Shown one piece after another: positions 10,154-20,169 of a stretch of 64,000 nucleotides of DNA. Source of the stretch: Promethearchaeota archaeon. Lineage in GTDB: Archaea > Asgardarchaeota > Lokiarchaeia > Sigyniarchaeales > SOKP01. A program made the translations under genes and the position numbers. The DNA is taken from contig JAHLWS010000053.1 of NCBI GenBank assembly GCA_019057795.1, positions 58,261 to 122,260 on the forward strand. The letters run 5' to 3'. The notes beneath the pieces were generated by a model. It was not told the origin of the DNA. It made no database searches and worked only from the letters and a program-made list of their open reading frames with translations. Position 1 is the stretch's first letter; each line of letters starts with the position of its first letter.

Positions 10154-10420
10154 TCATTAATATAGAATCGCATTTTTAGCGGAATTGTAAATCGTATTAA
10201 TATTTAATATTAATAGTGTTCCAAATTTAAAAGAAAATTATATTAACAAATTATTAATTTATTGTTAGCGAGTAAGATATTTTCAGTTACGAATCGATTG
10301 CTATTAATCTTGTTTAGATTTTTACGAATTTGAAAATAAAGCTTAAATATTTATTAAAATGTCTCCAAACAAAAAATTTAAAGACGATTTTATATTTATT
10401 ATTATAACTAAGATTGAATA

Positions 10421-10495
10421 GGACCTGTAGCCAAGCCTGGATATGGCGTCGGACTTCTAATCCGAAGATCGCAGGTTCGACTCCTGCCAGGTCCA
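10421..10495 (+). tRNA. tRNA-Arg(TCT), no intron
   Basis: GGACCTG/CAGGTCC acceptor; TCGGA-CT TCT AA-TCCGA anticodon arm; GCAGG-TTCGACT-CCTGC T arm. Confidence 0.95.
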
Positions 10496-10603
10496 CTTCA
10501 TTAAACCAAAGAATTAGCTCCTGTTTTTATAATTAAAAACATAATTTTTATTGTATTTTATTCCCTTATATTCAACTTAGTTGTTTAATTATTCAACTAT
10601 ACA

Positions 10604-11761
10604 TTAAATAATGTACTTAATTTTTACATCCACCACTATCAAATCGGATTTAGGAGAAAACGGTTTAACGATTTTAGAGTTAATTATTTCCTCTATGTAC
10701 CATCCCATCCTATTTAACTTGGTTCTTAAATTTTCAATTCCTTTTTCAATTGGATTTGGTTTTTCACAGAATTGATATAAATGCAAAATTCCGCCTGTTT
10801 TTTTCATCAGGAAGCACGCTATATCTACATAATTAATAGATTGTTTCGGTAAATTCATTATTGTTCTATCTACGCTGTTTTTTAAATTAATTCCTAATTC
10901 ATTGGATGAATTTATAAGGTCCATGATATCTATGTTATAAGCAAGAATTTCTCCTTTCAGTTTATTTAATTTTATATTTTTAATGAGATATTTATGTGCC
11001 GTGGGATTAATATCGAAAGAATAAATTTTTACATCGTTGTTTCTTGCTATTTGAATAGAGATTGGCCCAACCCCCGCAAACATATCTACGATTAATTCAT
11101 TTTTTGCAAATTTGAGTAAACTTAACCTTTTTCGCTCAAAAACTAATCTTGGAGTGAAATATGTATTTTTTACATCTAATTTAAAAATACAATTATTTTC
11201 TTTATGAAAGGTTTCAGGGTTATCTACGCCAATAATAGGTTGTAATTCTTTTAGCCTATACTTTCCTTTTACTTCGCTCTTTTTCTCGTAGACTGTTTCT
11301 ACCGTCTTATTAACTTTTACTATCGCTCCAGCTACTTTTTTCTTATATAATGAGATTTTGTCCACACTTAATGAGCTAAATCGGTCAAATTCGATAACCG
11401 AAATCTTTCCAATAACATCATAGGATTTTGGTATTAATTCTATAATATCTTCTGGTAATTCGCCTACTAAAGCTTCTTCAAGGGAGCGAAATTTAGAGCG
11501 TGGGTTCAGTTCCCCTTTGGCGCTAATAATTTCAAATTTTAAACCGTTTACATTACATTCATTTAATTTGTTAATGTTTTCTTTGTTCTTTATTAAAGGA
11601 AAGAGCACATAGACTCCACTATGTATAACTTTTTTCCTTTTGTCTACAATGAATTCATCTGATAATTTTGTTTTAATTAAATTCAGAAATTTTTCAGCAG
11701 AATCCTTTTTAATTTTTAAAAATTGAGTGTCCTCTTTTCCAATTTTACTCATATTCATCAT
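10604..11761 (-). CDS. trm5: Trm5/Taw22-family tRNA (guanine-37-N1) methyltransferase
   Basis: SYDVIG, YFTPRL-x2-ER, DMFAGVGP and MNLP motifs. Confidence 0.9.
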   Translation of the reverse strand: MMNMSKIGKEDTQFLKIKKDSAEKFLNLIKTKLSDEFIVDKRKKVIHSGVYVLFPLIKNKENINKLNECNVNGLKFEIISAKGELNPRSKFRSLEEALVGELPEDIIELIPKSYDVIGKISVIEFDRFSSLSVDKISLYKKKVAGAIVKVNKTVETVYEKKSEVKGKYRLKELQPIIGVDNPETFHKENNCIFKLDVKNTYFTPRLVFERKRLSLLKFAKNELIVDMFAGVGPISIQIARNNDVKIYSFDINPTAHKYLIKNIKLNKLKGEILAYNIDIMDLINSSNELGINLKNSVDRTIMNLPKQSINYVDIACFLMKKTGGILHLYQFCEKPNPIEKGIENLRTKLNRMGWYIEEIINSKIVKPFSPKSDLIVVDVKIKYII

Positions 11762-12176
11762 TAAATTTGAAAAGTATTGAAATATTTTTCTTGGAATTAG
11801 TTAATTTGCTAATAATATTCCTGTTCAATTCCCTTGAGGATTTTGTACAATTTATTAGAATGGTTCTATCGCATATATAATTGCTTTTTCGAAAAACTAA
11901 GTCTTTTTTACTTAGCAAAGTTAAGTTATTACTGCCATAGCCATAAAAAGAATCGACTATATCGTCTACTTTTATTACGACATCGATCTTTTCCCCGTTC
12001 TTAATTTTTTTCTTTAATACCGGATTTAAATCATAACAAGCTTTTGACGCCTTAATACCCAAAATACAAACCCCCTTTTTAGTAAGATAATCGTCCTTAG
12101 TTAATTCTATAGTTGTATTATGAGTACATTTAATAAAAGGATGGCCAATTGCATTGATTGAGTCTAATAAAATCAT
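11745..12176 (-). CDS. DUF371 family protein
   Basis: GHP-x4-H-x-TTIE-x-TKD-x2-LT-x2-G-x-CI and FRKS-x5-RT motifs. Confidence 0.85.
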   Translation of the reverse strand: MILLDSINAIGHPFIKCTHNTTIELTKDDYLTKKGVCILGIKASKACYDLNPVLKKKIKNGEKIDVVIKVDDIVDSFYGYGSNNLTLLSKKDLVFRKSNYICDRTILINCTKSSRELNRNIISKLTNSKKNISILFKFNDEYE

Positions 12177-12179
12177 TTC

Positions 12180-13832
12180 TTATTCTTCCTTTAAAAATTG
12201 AAAAAGTTCATCTATTTGTTTAACCACACAAGAATTTGATTTGTATATTCTATTTAAGATGCTTTTAAGCCTATTAATTGGATGTTTGTTTGGAAATTGT
12301 GTAGATTCGTTAAATTGGTTAATATAAAATTCTGGAATTAGAAGGACGCATTTCTTATAATTATTCGAATTAATTTTTAAAAACGCTTCTGAATTTTTTA
12401 TGGAATTTTGATAAAAAACATCATTAATAGAAGAGGAATCAAGTGATTCATATTGGCCCATTGGAAATGTATCAATTAATTCATATGGAACGATCCCATA
12501 AATTATAGAATAAAAAACCAAATGGATGTCCTTTCTTTGAAGAGGTTGATTGTTGTTTATTAGATCTAACCAGTTACCCGTGGTAGGCGAGTTTATACCT
12601 TTTACATCCAGTTCGGGTAAAATTATTAGATATTTAGCTTCTTTAGGGGGGCGGTAATCGTTAATTATTTTTTGTTCGTATCGATAAATTAAAGGTCTAT
12701 CTACACTTTCGGTACAAGCATAAAGCCTTCCATGATTTTTATATACTTTCTCGTAAATCTCAAAAAAAGGTTTATTCTTTTTTATTAGACTGGCGGCTTT
12801 CACTAAATTAGGATGAGCTCGAATTCTTTGTTCGACTAACTCCCATAGATTTCCTTCTCTTATTGCTTGTCTTATCGTTCTTAATTCAGAGAAAGATAAG
12901 TATAAGTTATGTTTTGCGAGTAGTTCAATCCTTAAATTATCTTTAAATTTTTTAATCTCTTTTGGGGAAAATTTCGAGCATATAGGGCAATGGCAGGGGA
13001 ATTCTTCTAATTCTTCAAGCTTTTTAGTACCTGTTGATAGGGTAAAATAACGATTTTGCTTTGCAAACAATATGTATGCTGCCGAATCCATTAAATCACA
13101 ACCACATGCAACCGCCAAAGAAAAATATTGCGGTAATCCTAAACCAAACATATGAATTGGTTTGTTGGGAACAATAAACTGTTTTACAGTCAATAACATT
13201 TGTGTGGTTAATTCAAACCTGTAATTTAAAAACGCTTTTACTATTCCGCCGATAGCATAGACTCCAAAATCTAGTTTGTTCATTTCGAGTGAGCTTTCTT
13301 TCAGCAAGTCTAAATGTTTTCCTCCATGTATTGGACCAAACCAATAACAATCTGAGCGTGATCTCCTTGAAATATTACTTTTTGCCCTTTGAATAGTAGT
13401 TAACACTTTTTCCTTTGCAACATCGTAGTGATCTTCTAATTGCACTGGTATATCTAATATAACAGAAAAATCTGCTCCTATGCTTTCTTGAAATTTCTCA
13501 ATACTGTTCGCATCAATATCTAATGAATCTTTATTATACATATATTGTTGAAACGCACCACTATCGGTAGCTATTATTCCATCATAATTTAAATATTCGT
13601 GAAGTCCTTTCTGTAGAACTTGAGTTCTTAAGTTTTCCTTTTTATAAATAATGTATGCGTTAGTAAAAAGACATTGCGCACCAATTTTCTTTAATTCGAG
13701 AGGGGAAATTATGTTTTTGTAAGGATGTACTACTGGAAATAAATTAGGTGTAAGCATTTCTTTATTGTTTAATTTAATGCTACCTAAACGCGCTAATGCA
13801 TCGATATCATTTATTTCAAATTTCATATTCAA
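12180..13832 (-). CDS. tgtA: archaeosine tRNA-guanine(15) transglycosylase
   Basis: TDSGAFQ, HMFGLG, DLMDSAAY, C-x-C-x2-C and HNL motifs; LWELVE-x-R-x-RAHP. Confidence 0.95.
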   Translation of the reverse strand: MNMKFEINDIDALARLGSIKLNNKEMLTPNLFPVVHPYKNIISPLELKKIGAQCLFTNAYIIYKKENLRTQVLQKGLHEYLNYDGIIATDSGAFQQYMYNKDSLDIDANSIEKFQESIGADFSVILDIPVQLEDHYDVAKEKVLTTIQRAKSNISRRSRSDCYWFGPIHGGKHLDLLKESSLEMNKLDFGVYAIGGIVKAFLNYRFELTTQMLLTVKQFIVPNKPIHMFGLGLPQYFSLAVACGCDLMDSAAYILFAKQNRYFTLSTGTKKLEELEEFPCHCPICSKFSPKEIKKFKDNLRIELLAKHNLYLSFSELRTIRQAIREGNLWELVEQRIRAHPNLVKAASLIKKNKPFFEIYEKVYKNHGRLYACTESVDRPLIYRYEQKIINDYRPPKEAKYLIILPELDVKGINSPTTGNWLDLINNNQPLQRKDIHLVFYSIIYGIVPYELIDTFPMGQYESLDSSSINDVFYQNSIKNSEAFLKINSNNYKKCVLLIPEFYINQFNESTQFPNKHPINRLKSILNRIYKSNSCVVKQIDELFQFLKEE

Positions 13833-13853
13833 TCACTTCTAAATCAGAATTTG

Positions 13854-14474
13854 TCAATCGAAAAATTCTTGTAAACGGTTTTCTTGAAATAATTTTTCTA
13901 ACCAGTCAATATTCCCTGCGTAATACTTTTCTAAATCTTTTTCTTTTAGAATAACATCCATTATCGTTTTAGTTATTGATTCAAAATTTATTTTTGTGGT
14001 ATCAATTTCTAATATGGGCGTATCTAATTGTTTATTTAAAAAAAAATTTACGCAGTTTCCTAAAATTTCTGATTGAACATTTTCTCTAATTTTTTCTATT
14101 TTATATCCTCTTTTTTTTAACCTTATAAATAATTCGTCTGGATCACATCTCAATATTATAACCCAATCGATATATCGTTTGGGAACAATGTCTGAAAAAT
14201 GACTTTCAATTATTAAAAACTCAAAATTTTCTTTTCTATATTTTTCTATTAACTTAATCAAAAAGGGAATTAATTTACTTCTATTTATAATAGATGTTTC
14301 TCTTTTAGTGTCGTAATCTATTATTAAATCTTCTGAAATTGCTAATTCATTTAAACTAATTACTTTAACTTTAAGGTAATTAGCGATGTTGTTTGAAACA
14401 GTAGTTTTTCCTGTTCCTGGTGTGCCAGAGACCACTAAAATTTTCATGTTTAAATAAGTAAAATCAACCATCAA
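13854..14474 (-). CDS. AK6/Fap7-type adenylate kinase
   Basis: GTPGTGKTT, IIESH and RL-x2-RGY-x3-K-x2-EN motifs. Confidence 0.9.
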   Translation of the reverse strand: MMVDFTYLNMKILVVSGTPGTGKTTVSNNIANYLKVKVISLNELAISEDLIIDYDTKRETSIINRSKLIPFLIKLIEKYRKENFEFLIIESHFSDIVPKRYIDWVIILRCDPDELFIRLKKRGYKIEKIRENVQSEILGNCVNFFLNKQLDTPILEIDTTKINFESITKTIMDVILKEKDLEKYYAGNIDWLEKLFQENRLQEFFD

Positions 14475-14571
14475 ATATAAAAATAATATTCTGTAAATAG
14501 AAATAAAATTATCACTTAATTACTTCAAGCTAGCTATAATAAAAATTAGCATAATTAATGAAAAGTTTCAA

Positions 14572-14645
14572 TGGGAAAGGGGGGCTTCGAACCCCCGACC
14601 TCACGGTTATCAGCCGTGCGCTATACCAGGCTAAGCCACTCTCCC
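14572..14645 (-). tRNA. tRNA-Ile(GAT), no intron
   Basis: Reverse strand GGGAGAG/CTTTCCC acceptor; CACGG-CT GAT AA-CCGTG anticodon arm. Confidence 0.95.
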
Positions 14646-14801
14646 GATGCGATCCCGCTTATTTCACCAAATTACATAAATATCATAAAATATGGTTTTT
14701 TAATATTTACCTAAAGATTAGATATTTAAAAAATTTTTGGCTTCTAAAGCCTCAAATTTTAATAGAATAAAGAGCATACTTTTTTATAATAATCTTAAAA
14801 A

Positions 14802-15242
14802 GTGAATTTAATGCCTAATATTTTAAACTATTCTATTATTGGGTTAGAGGATTATCTAATAAGTTTTGAAAGTTATTGTTCACCTTGTGAAATCCAAAAG
14901 TTTTGTAAATATGGAAAAACAGAACCTTTTTCGATAACGATAAACTGTGGCGATTTAAATAGGGCAAAAGAAAAAATTAAATTTGACCAGCTTCAGAAGC
15001 TTCAAAAAAAAGAGGACGTTTCTGTCACTTATGAAGAACTAATTAAGAAAGTGAAGATAAACTTGCAAAACATTTTTAGTCAAATATGGAAAGAAAAAGT
15101 CAAAGCTCAAAAAGAGGAAATTAGATGTATAGATTCGAGAAAAACAGACTCTATGCTTGTTGCTCAACAAGGTCAAGACTGGTGGCAAGACTTTGTTACA
15201 ACAATGAAAGAAATAAATCAAGAGTGTGAAAAAATCCTGTAG
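14802..15242 (+). CDS. hypothetical Cys-cluster protein
   Basis: C-x2-C-x5-C...C pattern followed by a helical region. Confidence 0.7.
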   Translation: MNLMPNILNYSIIGLEDYLISFESYCSPCEIQKFCKYGKTEPFSITINCGDLNRAKEKIKFDQLQKLQKKEDVSVTYEELIKKVKINLQNIFSQIWKEKVKAQKEEIRCIDSRKTDSMLVAQQGQDWWQDFVTTMKEINQECEKIL

Positions 15243-15644
15243 ATCAACCTTATAATTTGAATATAGCACCAAAAAAACGAATTTAATTTTTTAAATTTGA
15301 AAATTTTATATCTAATACTTTCTATTTGGTATTTTATATATAAAAGTAGGAAACCTAGAAAATCTATGATAAATTTGGTGATATCTGTTTCAGGTGTAAT
15401 AATTTTTGGATTTACAACATTTATGCCATTAATGCTATAGGATATTGTAGACAGTAAATAATTTTGATCGAAAGATTTATATATCCAAGGTGGATATAAT
15501 ACATTTGCATTCAAGGAAGAAATCGATTTTCAGTCACAAGAAATTTAGATTTACAAATAATGCATTTTTCAGTTAGTTTACATGGGAATTTAGTAGTTTT
15601 AATATTTAGTTTGAGAATTATTTTTTTAAAAAGAGGTTTTCAAT

Positions 15645-16532
15645 ATGGAAATAAAATCTGAAGTTAGAAATTTATCAAATTTATGTCCAGAATGTGAGGG
15701 AAAGACAATTTCGATTCAAGAAAAGGGCGAAATCGTATGTCGTCAATGTGGGTTAGTTATAAGCGAAAGGATTGTAGATACAGCTCATAGTGGTAAAAGA
15801 GCTTTTACAAAGCAAGAAAAAGAAAGAAGGGAAAGGATGGGATCTCCAATCTCTATTTTGTTACCTGATATGGGTTTAAGTACCATTATTGATAAAAATA
15901 ATATAACAAATCCTGATTTAAAAAGAGCTGCAAAATGGAATTCTCGTATGACTTGGGATAAAAGGAATATGTTAATCGCCACAACTGAGTTAAAAAGAAT
16001 AGGAAGTAATTTAAATTTACCCATTCATGTGAAAAAAGCAGCCATTAGGTTATATATTGAAGCATTTAAGAGAAAATTATTACGCGGTAGATCTATAAAT
16101 GGGATGGTTGCCGCTTGCTTATACTTCGCTTGTAGAGAAAGAAGGATTCCTAGAACTCTTCAAGAAATATTAGATGAAACTTCTATTAATGCAAAAAATG
16201 TAAGAAGATGTTACAGAACATTAATAAGAGAATTAAATTTGAAAGTGCCTTCTACTGATCCGATTGCTCTTATACCAAGGTATATTGCTGAATTGGGATT
16301 AGACGCCGAAACTGAAAAAACTGCAATAAAAATTTTACAATCTTTTATTTCAAAATATTCGACAAGTGGCAAAGATCCAAAAGGTTTGTGCGCAGGAGCA
16401 TTATATTTAGTATGTAAAAAGAAAGACAAGAGGATTTCTCAAAAAGAAATTTCTAATGTTGTAGGAGTCACAGAAGTGACTCTTCGTTCTAGGTATAAAG
16501 AATTGATAAATAAATTAAACATTAAAATATAA
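15645..16532 (+). CDS. tfb: transcription initiation factor IIB
   Basis: Zn ribbon CPEC...CRQCG, two cyclin repeats, GKDP and VTEVTLRSRY motifs. Confidence 0.95.
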   Translation: MEIKSEVRNLSNLCPECEGKTISIQEKGEIVCRQCGLVISERIVDTAHSGKRAFTKQEKERRERMGSPISILLPDMGLSTIIDKNNITNPDLKRAAKWNSRMTWDKRNMLIATTELKRIGSNLNLPIHVKKAAIRLYIEAFKRKLLRGRSINGMVAACLYFACRERRIPRTLQEILDETSINAKNVRRCYRTLIRELNLKVPSTDPIALIPRYIAELGLDAETEKTAIKILQSFISKYSTSGKDPKGLCAGALYLVCKKKDKRISQKEISNVVGVTEVTLRSRYKELINKLNIKI

Positions 16533-16542
16533 TTTTTTTCTT

Positions 16543-17124
16543 TTAAAATTCTTTTTTCAGAAGGAGTTTAATAAAATCTGGAAGGGTTATTAAATAGCTT
16601 TGAGCATTAGGAAGCTGTTCTTTGATCTTTATAAATAGTTGAGAATAATGTTCTGCCCTATCCTTTTGTTTTAGAACTTCGTTGCGCGATTGTTCTCGTA
16701 TTGGCTCAACAGGAATTCCACGTAATACTGATCTAGCAGGAATTGTTAAGCCTGGTGGAATTTGGCTTTTATTGATAATTATTGAACCTTCACCAATTGA
16801 ACTTTCTTCGTAAATAAGAGTACCTTCCATAATTTGAACATAATCTTCCATAAAACACCCTAAAATGGTAACTCCCGACTCAATAATGCAATATCGCCCT
16901 ATATGAATTGAACTTTTTTGGGATCTTGTAAACATCATAACGCCATTAAATACGGTAGTGTACTCTCCAATATTAATTTTAGAGTTTTCAGCACGTATAA
17001 TAGAGCCAGGCCATATAATAGCATTATCATTTACAGTGACATCACCTATTAAAGTAGCAAGTGGAGATACATAACTATTGCTACTGATATTAGGACTTCT
17101 TCCGTTATACTCAAGTAATACCAT
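16543..17124 (-). CDS. gamma-carbonic anhydrase-like hexapeptide-repeat protein
   Basis: ATLIGDV, IWPGSIIRA and left-handed beta-helix repeats; the usual His ligands are not evident. Confidence 0.8.
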   Translation of the reverse strand: MVLLEYNGRSPNISSNSYVSPLATLIGDVTVNDNAIIWPGSIIRAENSKINIGEYTTVFNGVMMFTRSQKSSIHIGRYCIIESGVTILGCFMEDYVQIMEGTLIYEESSIGEGSIIINKSQIPPGLTIPARSVLRGIPVEPIREQSRNEVLKQKDRAEHYSQLFIKIKEQLPNAQSYLITLPDFIKLLLKKEF

Positions 17125-17286
17125 TATTTTTCATCTCTTTAAATAATTTTATTTTATATTAAAACTAAAAAGAAGGTAATATTTTAACCATTTAAATTTA
17201 ATTTATTTATTAATTTCTATGGATTCTTTTCACTATTATTGGTATTATTTCATCCTTAATTTTAAGATAAAAATTAGAAATCTCAT

Positions 17287-18114
17287 TTAGTTATGAATTT
17301 TAACAGGATTTTTGGCATCATAAAAGTAGAACTCGTCGTGTGGAAATTCTAAACTTAAAAAATTATACAATTTTCTCAATGCTATCATTTGGCAATTGTA
17401 AAGAGGTATTTGAATTAAGTTTAAACCTGATTCTCTCGCGTAATCTGCAAAATTATGATTCATATTTCCTGAAAGATAGCAATCACATCCATACTTTAAA
17501 GCTTTTCTTAAGTAACTTAAATCCGTTGTTTCCCCTCCTACAATACAAATTCTATTAATTTCTGCACTTGATTTGCCTACAAATGAAATTTTTTCTATTT
17601 GTAAATTTGATTTGATCCTATTCAATAAATTATCTAAGTTTAATGATCTTTTAGTCCTTGTGTATAAGTTTGGTAAACAAATCCTCCCAATAGGAACGAT
17701 CTCGCCTTTATCATTCTCGATATTAAAAGGTTTATCCAATTTTAAATATAAAGATTCCATAATTGTTTCTGAAATTCCACCTTCTGCAGCAATAAAAGAT
17801 GAACTTAGTACAAATACTAATGTTGGATATTTAGAAAGCAAAGTTAATCTATTTATTAATAATTGGTTAAAATTAGTAATTGGTTCATTAATAAGACCGT
17901 AAAGGGAAATAATTAGATTGATTTTATTTTTGATTGCATAATGAATTGATTCTAAACTTAAGTCAACTGAAAGCAATATCCTTTTAATATACTTTTTTTT
18001 ACTGACTTGACCGTAATGTAACCCGTAATTTTCGGAATTAATCCTATATATTCTCGGAGATAATTTTTTTTCAAATAAGGATTTAATCTCATCAAAAAAC
18101 ATTTTAACCATCAA
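17287..18114 (-). CDS. Nif3/YbgI-like protein (degenerate metal site)
   Basis: YGL-x2-G...ILLSVD...LII, GRI, ICIVGG and DCYLSG pattern. Confidence 0.75.
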   Translation of the reverse strand: MMVKMFFDEIKSLFEKKLSPRIYRINSENYGLHYGQVSKKKYIKRILLSVDLSLESIHYAIKNKINLIISLYGLINEPITNFNQLLINRLTLLSKYPTLVFVLSSSFIAAEGGISETIMESLYLKLDKPFNIENDKGEIVPIGRICLPNLYTRTKRSLNLDNLLNRIKSNLQIEKISFVGKSSAEINRICIVGGETTDLSYLRKALKYGCDCYLSGNMNHNFADYARESGLNLIQIPLYNCQMIALRKLYNFLSLEFPHDEFYFYDAKNPVKIHN

Positions 18115-18221
18115 CCTTTAAGGCATTAATTGAGATTGTAAAAAACTACAAAAATTAAAAGTCTGCGTAGGTTTTTTAAAAATTAATATAAAAAATTATT
18201 TATATGGATCGAAAATAAAGA

Positions 18222-18647
18222 GTGAAAGTAATGATAAAAGACGATAAATGCATTTTTTGCAAAATTATTGATAAAAGTATTCCGTCTAAAGTTTTATTTG
18301 AAAATGATAAGAATTTAGCTTTTTTAGACATTTTTCCAGTTTCAAAAGGCCACACGATTGTTATTCCTAAAAACCACTATAAAAATTTAGAAGAAATTCC
18401 TAATAATGAATTGTCAGAATTATTTGAAACAGTTAAAAAAGTATCTATTTTAATCCATAAAAAATTAAAAGTTGATGGTTATAATATTCTCCAAAATAAT
18501 TTTAGAGCAGCTGGTCAAGCGGTTAACCATTTTCATGTTCATATAATTCCTAGAAGGAATGAAGATGGAAAATTTAAATTATTTATCCCAAAAAAACAAG
18601 CTAAAGAAGAGGAACTTAATCAAATACTAAGAATTATTAATGGGTAA
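18222..18647 (+). CDS. HIT family nucleotide hydrolase
   Basis: CIFCKII, AFLDI-x-P-x3-GH and HFHVHIIPR motifs. Confidence 0.95.
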   Translation: MKVMIKDDKCIFCKIIDKSIPSKVLFENDKNLAFLDIFPVSKGHTIVIPKNHYKNLEEIPNNELSELFETVKKVSILIHKKLKVDGYNILQNNFRAAGQAVNHFHVHIIPRRNEDGKFKLFIPKKQAKEEELNQILRIING

Positions 18648-18730
18648 GCAAGTACTGATCAATTTTTAGAATTAGTTTAGTTTAAAAACATATTTTATCA
18701 TTCTTTTATAAAAATAATTTGTTTTAAACC

Positions 18731-18955
18731 ATGAAAAAAAGAGTTTTCATTAAGAAATTTTATAAAATCTTAAAAAACAAATTAAAGGAATACTTTTCAG
18801 ACGAATATGGTGGAAATCTTCTAGAATATGTTTTATTAATTGGATTAGCTTTATTCATTTTTTTTATTATAGTTGGAGTTATGACTTCTTTATTAGAATG
18901 GCCATTAGAACTATCTAGTAACCTTTGGGATGAATTTGGTGCTACTTTTACTTAA
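18731..18955 (+). CDS. Flp-like pilin with a class III signal peptide
   Basis: Basic N-terminus, then DEYG|GNLLEY followed by a hydrophobic helix. Confidence 0.6.
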   Translation: MKKRVFIKKFYKILKNKLKEYFSDEYGGNLLEYVLLIGLALFIFFIIVGVMTSLLEWPLELSSNLWDEFGATFT

Positions 18956-19027
18956 AAGAATGCCTTAAAATTGCATTCAATTAGATCAAATTTCAATCTA
19001 ATAAAATATTAAAGAAATATGAAAATT

Positions 19028-19402
19028 TCAATCAGAATTTTTTATAACTAAATTTTCAATAATTTTAATATTGTATCTTTCTGTCCAAATATGAATACTT
19101 TCTAATACATATTTTCTATCTACTTGTAAAAAATCAACAAAATCTTCAAAGGGTATTTTATTAACTCCTTTAAATAAATTCTTAATTTTATTATTAATGG
19201 TAATATCATCAGGAGGAAATAGTTCTCTCTTCTTTGCTTTCATTTTTTCTATAACATCATCAAATTTACCATAGTCAAAAAAATGTTCTACAATCCTGCT
19301 GATTACTGAAGCAGGAGTGTTTCCAAAAACACCAACTAATTCTTTTACTTGGTTCATGCTAATTTTACTTAAAGTAACCGTTGTTCTCGTTGTTTCAGTC
19401 AT
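19028..19402 (-). CDS. ribbon-helix-helix DNA-binding protein with a C-terminal HTH-like region
   Basis: RTTVTLS beta ribbon followed by two helices (TPASVISRIV). Confidence 0.6.
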   Translation of the reverse strand: MTETTRTTVTLSKISMNQVKELVGVFGNTPASVISRIVEHFFDYGKFDDVIEKMKAKKRELFPPDDITINNKIKNLFKGVNKIPFEDFVDFLQVDRKYVLESIHIWTERYNIKIIENLVIKNSD

Positions 19403-19626
19403 TTTAGTAATTAAAAGATTTTAATTTACAATTATAACATTATTTTTGTCGTTTTTAAATTTATGTTAATTGATGATAATAAGGCATAAATAAGCATCTT
19501 TATATAAAACTCGATACTATAATATATCATAGAACTAGGCATTGGTATTTAGGTTAAAATGTCGATAAATTGTCGAATTGACAGTTAATACCAATGTTCA
19601 AAAATAAATTATTGGAGGAATAAATT

Positions 19627-19875
19627 ATGGCTAATAAAACAGAAATAGATTTTGGATATAAAGAATATTTAACACCAATTCAATATAATTTGATTAAAAC
19701 ATTACAAAATGGTGGACCTTATACTCGCAAAGCTTTAGTTAAAGAGCTAAATACTCCAAGAACTACCATATATGATAACTTGCTTAAATTGCAAAAAAGG
19801 AAGTTTATCGAAAAATTTTCAAGGAATAATGGAATGAGAGGTAGACCCCTGGTTTTTTGGAAACTAAAGAATTAG
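19627..19875 (+). CDS. winged-HTH (TrmB-like) DNA-binding protein
   Basis: LVKELNTPRTTIYDNLLKL...GRPLVFW. Confidence 0.8.
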   Translation: MANKTEIDFGYKEYLTPIQYNLIKTLQNGGPYTRKALVKELNTPRTTIYDNLLKLQKRKFIEKFSRNNGMRGRPLVFWKLKN

Positions 19876-19943
19876 ATTTTTAGAACTTTTTCTTTTTCAG
19901 TTTTTTTTATTATTTATTGAATAATTAATAATATTATTAAAAG

Positions 19944-20121
19944 CTCCAAAATTTCCATTGCAGGTTTTAATTATAAAACAGTAAGAAATTTATGTATATA
20001 GATTATAAAGCAGCCCCAGTTTTAAATTACTCATAGATATTTAAATTATTCTATTAATGAATTAATTTACTAAAATAAACTTTTGTTAAAAGCTTAAGAT
20101 TTTGCAGTGGAAAAATAGGAG
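19944..20121. other. candidate replication origin: inverted ORB-like boxes flanking an AT-rich spacer
   Basis: TGCAATGGAAATTTTGGAG (minus strand, 19944-19962) and TGCAGTGGAAAAATAGGAG (plus strand, 20103-20121), 15/19 identical, lying between convergent genes. Confidence 0.45.
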
Positions 20122-20169
20122 TACACAAATCTTATTATATTCATACTAATTTGATTGTTTTTTAGAACA

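Noticed and set aside
10314-10496. 60-aa ORF here, and likewise 14558-14770 and 57908-58090
   Set aside because: They overlap tRNA genes and are shadow ORFs.
15039-15514. Two minus-strand ORFs (77 and 98 aa)
   Set aside because: They partly overlap a better-supported gene and have no motifs; left uncalled.
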